Assembly (NCBI RefSeq): GCF_018350175.1
Contig: NC_058383.1
Location: 26,290,001-26,354,000, forward strand
Direction: 5' to 3'
DNA length: 64,000 nucleotides
Source of the DNA: Felis catus
Taxonomy: Eukaryota
This document shows, piece by piece, positions 13,062 through 24,927 of the stretch. The notes beneath the pieces were generated by a model. That model did not search any database. It saw only the letters and a list, made by a program, of their open reading frames with translations, and was not told the origin of the DNA. How positions within the stretch are numbered: the stretch's first letter is position 1; each line of letters starts with the position of its first letter. A program made the translations under genes and the position numbers.

Positions 13062-13091
13062 GTTGCCGTGGCGACGGCTCTGGCTAATTGG
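13062..13091. promoter_or_regulatory. RFX X-box-like palindrome plus inverted CCAAT in intron 1
   Basis: GTTGCCGTGGCGAC (13062-13075) versus consensus GTTGCCATGGCAAC; ATTGG at 13087-13091. Confidence 0.5.
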
Positions 13092-14107
13092 CCGGCGGAG
13101 CGAGCCTGAGGCGGCTGTTCCGGCCAGGAGGGACAAGGACGTCGTCTCTCCCGGACCCTGGGTGCTGAGGGGTGGGGGACACACCATAGGCGTGCTGTTG
13201 GTGGGGGGCGGGAGCAACCGATCACTTTCGGCCATTGCATTGTGGTCTGGGAGTTGTGGACCCCCATCACCTTGAGGGAACTCTCACAAGAATCCTTGAA
13301 CTGAAATGATTTCCAAGCATCCTTCTTGAGGGGAGGCTGCTTGACTACCAGACCTTTCTCTTCTATACGAGGTGTGTGTGTGGGGGGGGGGGGGGGGGGC
13401 GGGGTGGGGGAGGCAGTGGCGACAGGTCAGCGCCAAGGTCATGCAGTCAGACCTGCAGTCAGACCCGTGGAGCCGCTTGCTTTCTGGGGTTGGCTCCTCA
13501 GAGCCCAGCAGAGAAGCCTACAGGTTCCCTCATTTAGGGTGCATCTGGGCTCACTTCTTCTACCCTCGGCTACAGCTGGGGGGGGGGGGGGTGGCTGCTG
13601 GTCTCCCAGTTCCCCACTGGTCACATCTCTCTCGTCCTCAGACTTTTCAGCCTGCCAGGAACTCTGTGCTCTGTCACCTGCCTTGGTCTCCCCATCCCTC
13701 TCCTGGCTTAGATTTGCCCCATTGGCTTCCATGCAATCTTTAGGTCCTCTTTTCAAGTTCACTGAAGGTCACATTTACTGTGCACATACTGTGTGCTGAA
13801 TGTTGTTGTGGGGTTTTTCAGCAGTCACCCAACAAACACCCGAGTGACCACCTACTGTGTGTGGGCACTGGGGATACAGCTGTGAAAACAGCAGTCTCTG
13901 CCCTTCAGAATCCAGTGAGAAATAAACAATATTAGAACATGCTTCTGTGGTTTTTAATAACCACCTTCAGGACAGAGATTAGTGATTTGCCCAAGGTCAC
14001 ACAGCTGCTTAGGGGTCATGGTGGGATCTAGAAGGGAGGATGGGGAATCTGAGGAATTTGTTAAACAGCTACTATGAGAATGGCTTGGTGATACTGTCTT
14101 TGCTTCT

Positions 14108-14415
14108 AGAACAAGGTGTGAAACTTTTTCTATAAAGATCCAGAGAGTAAACTTTTTTCTTGGAGACCTACGTGTCCTGTCACAAATATTCAACTCTGAC
14201 CATGGCGCTGGACAGCCACACATACATAGATAATAGTAAATGCATGGGCGTGGCTGAGTTCCAATAAAACTATTTGTACTAGTCAAGAAGTAGTACTTTT
14301 GATTTTTTGCAACCATTTAAAAATGTACAAACCATCCTTAACTGGAGGACCGTGCAAAAACAGGTTGCCAGCTGGATTTAGCCTTGCAAGTCATAGCTTG
14401 CCAACCTTTGTTCTA
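14108..14415. mobile_element. MER58-type DNA transposon
   Basis: aactttttctataaagatccagagagtaaac...ggctgagttccaataaaactattt...gcttgccaacc. Confidence 0.7.
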
Positions 14416-15999
14416 GAATGTCTGGGTTCTCCTTCTTCCTGTTTCTTTCTGGCTTGAATCAGTGCTCCTCCATCCAGTCAAATACATGAACCCAGTGGAC
14501 CCAATGCGTGGCAAGCGTGTCTTAGCTTCTTCCCTCTCCTCTTCCTTTTCCTTGGTTTCTCTCATCTTGCCGAACCTGGGGTTTGAGAAATCTGGATGAT
14601 TGGGCCCCTGTAGTGGCCTGGTCTCTACTCACATGGTTTTATAAATGGTGTCTTTTGATTGCCACACACCCAGGAAATGCTTTCCTCTATGAAAAGAATG
14701 GGCATGGACCGTTGGAAAAAAAACACTTTATCCTTGCACTTGATTTGAAACATTTTCAAGCACTTTCATTTGTAAGCGCATGAGGGCATGGCTTTTTCCT
14801 GCTTTTACCTGCGTGGGCCGGCCTGGACACCTCTGTGGTGCCTAGTAGGTTCCAACTGGTCTTGACAAACTACCTCGTTCTCATAAAGCCACAGAAAGGG
14901 TGCAGATATTTTGTAGTGGGGCATTTGCATAGTCCGAGTCCTAGCTTAGCCATTCCATGAAAGAGAGGTAACTAAGGTTCAGAGTGGCCCCCTGACTTAA
15001 CCCAAGTCACGTGATTGGCCGGTGGTGACGGCAGCACTAACACTTAACCACTCAACTCTGCGTGGCCCCCAAGCGTCTTCAGGCCTTGCCATGTAGGGTT
15101 CCCAGTTTTGCTTTGGGAAGAGTTTGTGATTAGTGCCTGAGACTTCGTTTCCCAAGCCGTAATCATTCCCTTATCACTTCAAGGATTTTTGAATTTTTTG
15201 TGAGCTATCACTTGTACCAGATTTATTTAATACTTTTTCGTATAAATGGGCTCGCTTATTATTATTATTTTTTTTACTTAAAATCATTTGAAAAGGAAAC
15301 TTTATGTCACTAGCATAATGGAAGACCAGAATCACTTGATATGAGCAGAAGCAACTGGAAGAATAAACAGGATGATAGTAATGCCACGTGATTAGTTAGG
15401 TCCCAGGCTCTGAGCTGAGGTTTGCTCTCTATTTAAAAAAGAAAGAGGGGGTGGGGGGGGGGATTTGCAAGTGTTAGAAACCCGTTAACACATGATGATA
15501 CCAAAGGGAGACCTCCTGGAAAGGGAAATGAAAAAGAGAGTAACTTTCTCCCTCTTGATTTAAAGTTCTGAGTTTGAGTTCCTCTCTGGGATATATCCCA
15601 GGTTGGGATGTGGAGTTCCTAATCTACCTGGTTTACTTGGCCCATTCATTTGGAAGCCACTGTGACTCTTCCCTTGAAGAGGGGGAGGGAATCTGTGCCT
15701 TGGAAACCTGTGAGAAGAAGTGGGGGTGGGAGGTGGGGCTGAAAAGGGAGGTAGCCCCACCCCCTCCGCCCTCCCCAGGACCAGATTATGGCTTCCTTTT
15801 GGGCTCCCTGTGTTTGTGGGTGGTCATAGGAACTCCCCACCATCACCATTGGAGCAGAATTGTAAGGTAGGGCCTCTGGGAGGGTGCGGGAGCCAAGTGA
15901 CATCCACTCTGTGCCTGCCTGCATGTTAGCTAGTCATGTCCTTTTGGGTTGGCTTTATGGCTATTTCTGTATAGGAAGGTTTGCTCTTCCCAAGCGTGG

Positions 16000-16174
16000 C
16001 TGCATTGGATAGCATGACTATCTATCCACCCGCTCTGATTCATAACAGCATACGGTGCAAATCAAATCGAAATGCTAAAGTTTCCCATTTATTCGGTGTT
16101 GGTTAGCCAGGAGGCTACCAGCAGCCCCGCAGATAGCAGCACCTTGTTAGGGAGTCAGCTCCCTTCCCAGGATG
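16000..16174 (+). other. SYT17: Probable alternative first exon (1b) of SYT17 ending in ATG; 5' boundary unknown
   Basis: cccaggATG|gtaagt is a consensus donor; splicing to exon 2 gives MLEPLNE in frame. Confidence 0.65.
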
Positions 16175-16349
16175 GTAAGTGGAAAGATGCAGGGCTTTTT
16201 TTTTTTTTTTTTTTTTTCCCTCTTTCTTTCTTGCTTTCTTTTTTCTTTTGTGAGTTGCTGGAATATTGCTAAACTGGTCTTGTCTCTCTTTTTGTAATCC
16301 TCTCACCCCCGACGCCCCTTGGCTTCTTCGTGGATCTCTAAAAGGGCAG

Positions 16350-16367
16350 TTGGAACCTTTAAACGAG
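16350..16367 (+). CDS. SYT17: SYT17 exon 2, 18-nt microexon (LEPLNE)
   Basis: ggcag|TTGGAACCTTTAAACGAG|gtgggt; supplies residues 6-11 of the recalled SYT17 sequence and keeps frame. Confidence 0.92.
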
Positions 16368-17054
16368 GTGGGTTAATTCGATGATTCGTGTGGTCTGGTT
16401 TCTGATCACGAAGTGCTTGCCTTTCATTTTGGAGTCTTATGTGGGGCTGTGGGGACGTTGACTATTAAAGCAATAACTGGAGGTTAAGAGCGGCACAGTT
16501 TCGCTGCGTTTCTGTGGAAGGGAGATCCCGATGAAAACACACGAAGGGAGAAGAGGTGGATATCCCTCCCCACCCCCTCCTTACTCCGTTTGATTACCTC
16601 TGTTTACTTTCATGTCACGGAGATTATTTAAAAAAAAAAAATCTTTTTGCTTTGCTTTCAAGAAGACAGTAATATTCATTGTGTTTTCGAGAACATATTG
16701 TATAGCCCTCATGATGTTGTATAAACCACCCACATGTCAAGAATGACATTCACATAAACTACAAAAGGGAATACCTGTGAATGTTTTGCTCGCTATTAAT
16801 GGCTCCAGCGAGTTGGTGTTTGCCATCTTTGTGCCTGCAGTTGGTAAATAGAAACGGAAAACATTTTGTTCTAAGTGTTCAGCAGCAGAGACAGACCTCC
16901 TGAATGTCATTATTTCTCATCAGGGATCAGCTGCTTGTAATTTCGGGTGTTTTTCCTTTTCCTCCTCTCCACCCCTCCCACACGCCCCCCCAACCCCACC
17001 CCCTGCTCCCCCTCTCCCCCCTCTCCACTGCCCACCTCCCCCCAATGGCCTCAG

Positions 17055-17203
17055 GGTTTTCTTTCTAGAATCTCCGATCTGCTGCTGTGCAGATGGACTT
17101 TCAGGCATTGCTGTCAGAAGTGTTATGAGTCCAGCTGTTGCCAGTCGAGTGAGGACGAAGTTGAAATTCTGGGACCTTTCCCTGCCCAGACTCCTCCCTG
17201 GCT
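17055..17203 (+). CDS. SYT17: SYT17 exon 3, N-terminal cysteine cluster (GFLSRISDLLLCRWTFRHCCQKCYESSCCQSSEDEVEILGPFPAQTPPW)
   Basis: ctcag|GGT...TGGCT|gtaagt, 149 nt; lies within ORF 16947..17207. Confidence 0.96.
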
Positions 17204-18579
17204 GTAAGTAAAACCGCTCTGAACTTCCTTGAAGGCAACCTCATAGACCTTTCTTTTCTCGGTTTGCGAGAGAGGGCGCGGGCAGGAGGATAGGGGTAGG
17301 AAACGGGAAGGCTGGGTGTCCGTTGACGTCTTTGCTGCTGATGGGGACATACTCTCTGCCTCTCCTCTTGTTGGGCAGGCCGGGGGGCGGGGGGCATCTG
17401 GTGGTGAGGCTGTCGTTGAACTGGTTTCCCGTTGGTCCTCCTGAGATATGAACCGTGCGGTGCCGAGCATGTGGGCACTTTTAATCACGTTGAGTGTCAC
17501 TCCAAGTGGAGGAAGAGCTCTGTGAGCATCTGTATGCTTCAAGAGATGTCCAAGTTCTAAAGATTCCCATCCAAGTCAGTATGACAAACTGTCCCACCGC
17601 CTGACCCGGTGCTTGGCACATAGTTGATGCTCAGTAGAAACTGCTACATGGGTGGTAGATGGAATGAACAAACAAATGCCTTTTTGCTGGTCTGAACAAG
17701 AACTTCAGAAACAGGGAAGCAGAAGAGCACCCCCAGGCTCCATCCTGTCCTCCAACGCTGTTTATGTTCTCTCTGGCATCTCTCATTTTATTTCTAATTC
17801 GTGCTCCTCCCGCGCCTGCACACAACATCTCCATCTGCCAGTCGCTCAGATATTTTGGGAACACAGTTTTGAAGCTTCTCAGCCACGTGTCTGGTCCACC
17901 TCTCTGTGGCTGAGAGAGGAACGTGGCCAGAGAGTCTGGGTTGAGTCTGCCGGTCCAGCGCCGAGAAGGGGCCTGGCTGTCCTCGAGGACAGGTTCTCAC
18001 GACACGGACGGGGAGGTCCAGAGAGGGCAAGAGACAGTGCAAGGGACCACAGCCAGAGCCTCAGTGGGAACACGGTGCTGTTTCAGCTGCGTTTCTGGAA
18101 GTCCATGATGCCCCCTCTTTCTCTTCACGTTGGCGGGTCATGGCTCACCCCTCTCACCTGCTCTCCTTAGAAGCAAGCATCAAATATTTCCATAGCAAAA
18201 TGGCTCTGTGTCAGGCTCCATGCATTCATATCCAGTTTCTCCTACTTTTTTTTTCTAGTTCTGTGACCTTGGGCAAGTCATTAGATCTCTTTGCCTTGAT
18301 TTCCCATCTGTAAAATGGGGGTGATAAAAACAACAGTGTTTATCTCCTATGGTTGTTGTGGCGACTGCATGGATTAGTACACAGAAGAGCACTTAAGAAC
18401 GATTGTCACCTGGTCGGCAGTCATAAATGTAGGTGACCCATCTCACCCTGTTTGGTCTCAGTTTTCTCATCTGTAAAGTGAGAACAGTAATAGAACTTAT
18501 TTTCTAGGGTTGTGATTAAGCATAACCTGCTTTGCAGAGCAGTAAGTAATCACCTTTTATTATTATTATTATTGTTATT

Positions 18580-19136
18580 GCTGTTTTATTGTTTATTTTT
18601 GAGAGAGGGAGAGAGTGTGTGTGAGCGAGGGAGGGACAGAGAGGTGGGGGGACAGAGGATCTGACAGCAGAGCCTGATGTGGGATGTGGGGTTCAAACCC
18701 ATGACCATGAGATCATGACCTTGGCCGAAGTTGATGCTTAGCCACCTGAGACACCCAGGGGCCCCAGGAATCATTTCTGTTATTTGTAGATTCTTTTTTT
18801 TTTTTTTTTTCTTTTAGGGACAGAAAGAGTGAGTTGGGGAGAGTGGGAGAGAGAGAATCTCAAGCAGGCTCCACACCCAGTGCAGAGCCCAATGCAGGGC
18901 TCAGTCTCACAACCCTGAGATCATGACCTGAGCCAAAATTAAGAGTCAGATGCTCTTTTTAAATTTTTTTAGGGGCGCCTGGGTGGCTCAGTCAGTTAAG
19001 CATCTGATTCTTGGTTTCGACCCAGGTCATGATCTCACGGTTCATGAGTTTGAGCCCCGCATCAGGCTCCGTGCTGACAGTGCTGAGCCTGCTTGGGATT
19101 CTCTATCCCTCTCTCTCTCTGGCCCTCCCCTGCTTG

Positions 19137-19168
<32 letters not shown>

Positions 19169-19656
19169 ATAAATAAATAATTTTTTTATGTTTATTTATT
19201 TATTTAAAAAAATTTTTTTTAATGTTTACTTATTTTTGAGACAGAGAGAGACAGAGCATGAACGAAGGAGGGTCAGAGAGAGAGGGAGACACAGAATCTG
19301 AAACAGGCTCCAGGCTCTGAGCAGTCAGCACAGAGCCCGATGCGGGGCTTGAACTCACCGCGAGATTGTGACCTGAGCCGAAGTCGGATGCTTAACCGAC
19401 TGAGCCACCCAGGTGCCCCTGATATTTATTTATTTTTGAGAGAGAGACAGAGTGCAAGTGGGAGAGGGGCAAAGAGAGACACACGCAGAATTCAAAGCAG
19501 GCTCCAGGTTCTGAGCTGTCAGCACAGAGCCCGACACGGGGCTTGAACTCACAGGCTGTGAAATCGTGACCTGAGCCGAGGTCGGACACTTAGCCAACTG
19601 AGCCACCCAGGCGCCCCAAGAGTTGGATGCTCTTGACTGAGCCACCCAAGAGCCCC
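18580..19656. mobile_element. Cluster of five Can-SINEs, three nested inside a host copy
   Basis: 18580-18765(-); host 18795-18957 plus 19618-19656(-); inserts 18972-19185(+), 19190-19419(-), 19424-19617(-). Confidence 0.88.
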
Positions 19657-20530
19657 ACTAGAGATTCTTTAAACTGGTGTAAAGATAGTGTTAAGAAATT
19701 ATTTCATCAGTCATGGATTGTAGCCTGAATCCTGCAGGTGTGTATAGGGTTGAGGTGTTTGGTGGAACCAGTTCATTAATCAAGAGGTCATTCCCATTTT
19801 CTAGTGCCCTAGGTACAGAGGTTGGCTCAGCCCATTTGGTATCTTGAAAGCCGTACTCAGGCAGTGCCAGCTCTGTGAGGGCAGGGTTTTATTTCCGTGT
19901 TGTTCACGCCAAAAAATAGTTACTAACTGACTAACCTACCAGCAAAAATTGAATCCTGGAAGTGCCAGTCATCTGGTTGAAACCTTACAGTTTCTTTGGT
20001 AGTTATTTCTCGAGTATGCACTGTGTGCCAGGCACTGTGGGATGCAGAGGCTAGGTAGAGTCCCATTCCTGTGCTCAGGAGATTTAAAATCTAGTACAGG
20101 AGATAAGGCAGGTACATAGGTCCAGCTACCTCCTGGAGTTGTTTATTCACACCCTGCACACCAATATGACAGTTTTACATAGAGTCTCACTGTGGAAAAA
20201 GTCCAGGGATAATGGCTTCGGGCATCGGTGGATCCAGGGGTACAAATGTTGTCATGGGCATGCATTTGTGCCCTCTCCACCTCCCTGTCTCTTTCTGTTT
20301 CTTCTGTATTGCCTGATTCTTAAGCTTGTTTTCTTCTTTGCTTCATCCTCAATAGCAGCAAACAAACCAGGAGAGGCTCTTATTGTCCTGGTTTGGGTCA
20401 CGTGCCAAACATTGAGCCAATCACTTTTGCTTGGAGGAAATGGTGCTAGGATCATGCCTGGATTGTCTGACCACCTGGAACCAGGGAAAGGATCATTCCC
20501 ACCTGACACACATGAACTCAGCTCGTGGAC

Positions 20531-20740
20531 CAGGGGTTGGCAAACTTGTCCTGTAAAGGGGCCAGACAGTAAATATTTTAGCCTCGTGGGCTTAGTCTCT
20601 GTCTCAGCCACTCACTTCTGTCATTGTAATGTGAAAGCATCCATAGGTGAGGCATTAATGATTGGGCGTGCTATGTTCCAGTCTTACCTCATTTACAAAA
20701 TCAGGCAGCAAAATCTGGCCCCATAGTTTGCTGATCTCTG
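20531..20740. mobile_element. MER58A-like DNA transposon
   Basis: Terminal inverted repeats caggggttggcaaac ... gtttgctgatctctg. Confidence 0.8.
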
Positions 20741-20935
20741 TAATAGACAATTTGAGCGCTGTAACCAGAGAGGAGAGAATGGAGCCAGGGTAGGCAAATA
20801 CCACAAATGGTCACAATATCTACAAAGAGTAGGGGAATCATGGAAAATGAGCCTGCAAGCTCAGAGCATGTAGGGCTTTGAACGTCAGATTGCGGAGTTA
20901 GAATTTGAATTTGCTTCTGAACCACTGGAGAATCC

Positions 20936-20963
20936 TTTTTTTTTTTTTTTAAGTTTATTTACT

Positions 20964-21005
<42 letters not shown>

Positions 21006-21166
21006 TGAGAAGGGGCAGAGAGAGGGGAGAGGGAGAGAGAGAATCCCAAGCAGGTTCCACACTGCCAGCTTGGAGGCTGCTGTGGGGCTCAAACTCCTGA
21101 ACCGTGAGATCATGACTTGAGCCAAAATCTAGAGGGATGCTTACCAACTGAGCCACCCAGCCGCCC
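20936..21166 (-). mobile_element. Can-SINE
   Basis: Poly-T, (GA)n, reverse head; TSD tggagaatcc. Confidence 0.88.
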
Positions 21167-23929
21167 GTTAGTGGAGAATCCTGATGGACATTGAAAATCA
21201 GTCAGGTACCTTTTTTCTCCAGATACCCAGATGTTAAGTATTACAGATGCATGGGCTGGGTTCTACCAGTGAGCTGGCGAACAGTTGCACTTTACCTGGG
21301 CTGCTGACCCTTTGTGCAAGCGGGGGCCTCTTTCAGGGGGTAAGGAGTTGGGACCCTCCGGGATGACACTTTGGTTTTGCCACAATCAGAGAAGAGCACT
21401 GGAACCTTCCCAGCAGGGCCGACGCATGACACAACTCCAGAAAGCCCCTTTCATATGGTCGTCATTATGAATGATAACACCTAGAACTCTGCAGTCTAGA
21501 GCCTGAACAGCGGTACATGACCTTTCATGCTTCCCAGGATGAATATCTTGCATCCTGGGTAGCAACTTAGTGCCTTTGTGGCACGCAACATAATGCAAAA
21601 TGTTAAGAGAAATCTGTAAAGGGGAGGCGGGTTAAATCATTCAGAAAGTGAATTTACAGCTTGTGCTTTCCCCAGATTTATTTACCAAGTGGGCAGTTGC
21701 ATGTTATCAAACAGGCAGGGAGTAGAAATGTCAAGTGTACAGGCTTTGCAGTGCTGTTCCTACTGTGACATTTGAGCTCAGAACCACAGGACATGCCTCT
21801 CTGTGGGGTGGCAGGTACCAGATGAGCTGGTCCTTTGTGTGTGTGATTTGGGGGGACACACCATTAATTGCCACATATGCTCCTGTCATTTGGATCCCCC
21901 ATTCTTTCCTTGGCTGGGCTGGGCTGGGGAAGGTCAGGAAAACTGTACAATCCCACTGGCTCCTTTTGGAGCAATGCCAGAAAGATCATCATTGAAGAGT
22001 GAACTACTCAGGTTATTTCTGTGTCCATCAAGCATGTATTGAATACCTACTATATGCATAGCTCTTACAGGCCTCACAAGGGATGCCCAGCTCAGTAGTT
22101 TGGGGTGTGCAGCTTAGAGGCTGGTATTACTGGACTTCATTGGGAGTTTAACAGTGGTGCAAAATAAATACCCATCCCAACCCCTACCCCACCAGGCTTC
22201 CATTCCCCGGTTTGTAAAGAGGATGAGGGTTGTTAGTAACAGAAGTAAACTCCGGATTGTTTTAAGGGTGAAATGAGATGGTTCAGACAGTGCATTTAGC
22301 ACAGTGCCTGGCACATAGTTGGTGCTCAGCACCTGGTACCTTTGATCAAGATAAGTACACATCTCCCCCTCCCCCCCTCCCCCCCCTTTTAAGAAGCCGT
22401 ACCTGCTGTGGGAGGCGGGACAAGATAAGCACTCAGATCATCTTGAGACCAGATAAATCAGATAAGAATCCCAAGAAGGGTGTGTTCATTCATTCATTTA
22501 CTGAGAAAATGAATGTGGAAGGCTCCGCACGTGCCAGACTCTGTGCCAGGGCAGGGTGGGCAGTGGTGAATGAGACACCACCCTCGTGGGGCAAGGATCT
22601 GGTGTCAGACGCAGAAGACAAGCCACAACTAGAGAGGAGTTATGTGCGTTGTTAAAGGGGGGAAAGAAGGTGCAGGGCCAAGGGCTGATGGGGTAGGAGG
22701 AGGTGACAGCGACAGGGTGGGGGCTCTCTGAGGAGGTGCTGTTGAAGCCAAGACCTGACTGATGAGAAGGAGCCGCGCAGGAGATGGAGACGGGAAGAGC
22801 ATCCCAAGCAGAGAGAACAGCGTGGCCCGGCTCGCTGTGTTGGAGGAAGGGCCGGGAAGCATGGTGGGTGCAGAGAGGGCAGGGGCTGCTCAGACAAGGT
22901 CTGAGAGGACTCGACCCGAGCTCCAGGGGGCGATCGCGCCCAAGCTGGGTGGGGCCTCAGGTGGAGGTGGAGGTGCTGAGGTGGTTCTGCCTTCTTCCGA
23001 AGGTGCTGCTGCTTGCATCTAAGGGAGAGAGAGAAGAATGCGTGATACAATATGATTGCATTTCTTTGCCTTCTCCTCCTCCCACCCTCCACATTTCATC
23101 TGCTATATTCACCTTTTACAGACCAGGAGGAGGAGGCAAGCAAGGACTGGGCATCCTCCCCTCCCCCTGCAACATGCCTGGTCTTGTCCTGGCTGTGACC
23201 CTGATCTTGCTTTGGAAGAACATGAGATCAGTCTCATTTCATGCACAGGATGCATCTGAAGACCTCCTAGAATTGGAAACTTGCATTTTTCAAGACCAGC
23301 TCCGCGCAGGCTTAAATGTCAAGTTGGGGGGTGGGAGGTGCAGTCTCGGAAAGTATCAGTCTACAGCCACAATAGCTTAGGAGCATGTTATTAGCGGCAT
23401 CCATCTCACAGGCCACACCGCCAGCTTTGCCCCCTCACTTCCCCTTCCCCAAGCACCCTTACCTAGCTTTATGGGGATTGGGGGATCTTACAGGTTGTAA
23501 TAATACCAGCTGAAATGTATTGAGCACATACCTACTACATACCCAGAACTGTTCTAAGCATATTATATGCGTTGACTCCTTCAGTGTTCACTGGAACCAT
23601 ACAAGGTGAGTATTATTATTCCCACTTTACAGATGGGTAGATGGAGGCACAGAGGAAGGGCCTTGCCCAAGGTCACCCAGGCGGGATTCAAGCCTAGAGG
23701 TTGTGTTCTTAATTACCACCCTGTATCTCCCTACCCCCCGACACGGTGTTTTTTATTCTTTCAGTATTTTTCATCCTCATTGGGAGCACATGGAATCAGA
23801 GCTGCTGCTCACTTTTTAGCTGTTTCTTCACATCCAACTATTGTTCTCAAGTCATTCATTCTCAGCACCATTTTGTAGCTCTTGCCCTGCCGCTCCAAGA
23901 GCTCTCGAGTGACACTGTTATGGGGTATT

Positions 23930-24374
23930 TTAAAAAAAAATTTTTTTTTCAACGTTTATTTATTTTTGGGACAGAGAGAGACAGAGCATGAACGGGGGAG
24001 GAGCAGAGAGAGAGGGAGACACAGAATCGGAAACAGGCTCCAGGCTCTGAGCCATCAGCCCAGAGCCCGATGCGGGGCTCGAACTCACGGACCGCGAGAT
24101 CGTGACCTGGCTGAAGTCGGACGCTTAACTGACTGTGCCACCCAGGCGCCCCTGGGGTATTTTTTAGATATTTATTTATTTTGAGAGAGAGTGTGCACAC
24201 ACTTGCGTGTGAGTGGGGGAGGAGGGGCAGGGAGAAAGGAAGAGAGAATCCCAAGCAGGCTCCATGCTATCAGGGCAGAGCCCTAAGCAGGGCTCAAACT
24301 CACGAACCGTAAGATCATGAGCTGAACCAAAATCAAGAGTTGGATGCTTAACCGCCTGAGCCACCCAGGCGCCC
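23930..24374 (-). mobile_element. Young SINEC_Fc (23930-24151) inserted at the tail/TSD of an older Can-SINE (24170-24374)
   Basis: Inner TSD tggggtatttt; outer TSD tgttat(g/a)gg(g/a)tatttt. Confidence 0.88.
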
Positions 24375-24689
24375 CTGTTATAGGATATTTTTTAAAGGTA
24401 TCAAAGTAGAGACACAGTAAAGGTTGAAATACCAGGGCATTCCTCACCAAAAGCCATCTGCAGAAGATCAGATGGGTAGAAACAACCTTCTGGTGTCTTC
24501 CAGACTGAAGACCAACAGGCCTGGTCTTGACTTAGCCTAAGTGGTGCCCCCATGTGGCAATACCCTGAGTAAGTTCCCTCCCCCCGGTCTGTGAATGTGA
24601 AATTATGCACATTCTTGACAGATTGTTCTAAATTGGAAGGTATTTATTCAATATCATTTCATATTTTGTGCAAAACGTAAGATGTTATT

Positions 24690-24927
24690 GGGGCACCTGG
24701 GTGGCTCAGTGGGTTAAAGCGTCTGACTTCAGCTCAGGTCATGATCTCACGGTTCTTGAGTTCAGGCCCCTTATCTGGTTCTCTGTTGTCAGCTCGGAGC
24801 CCACTTTGGATCCTCTGTACCCCCCTCCCCCTCCCGCCTCTCTCTGCTCCTCCCCCACTCATGTACACGCTCTCATGCTCCCACGCACACTCTCTCTCTC
24901 AAAAATAAATAAACTTAAAAAAAAAAA
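24690..24927 (+). mobile_element. Can-SINE just upstream of exon 4
   Basis: ggggcacctgggtggctcagtgg head; A tail. Confidence 0.9.

Larger units (their letters stand above)
11600..13260. promoter_or_regulatory. CpG island / SYT17 main promoter
   Basis: Very GC- and CpG-rich segment spanning exon 1; GC boxes at ~12042, ~12509 and ~12945; CCAAT (ATTGG) at ~12942 and 13087. Confidence 0.9.

Noticed and set aside
11549..13275. Many long overlapping ORFs (up to 283 aa) on both strands
   Set aside because: Stop-poor GC-rich CpG island; Pro/Gly/Arg/Ala-rich with no recognisable domain
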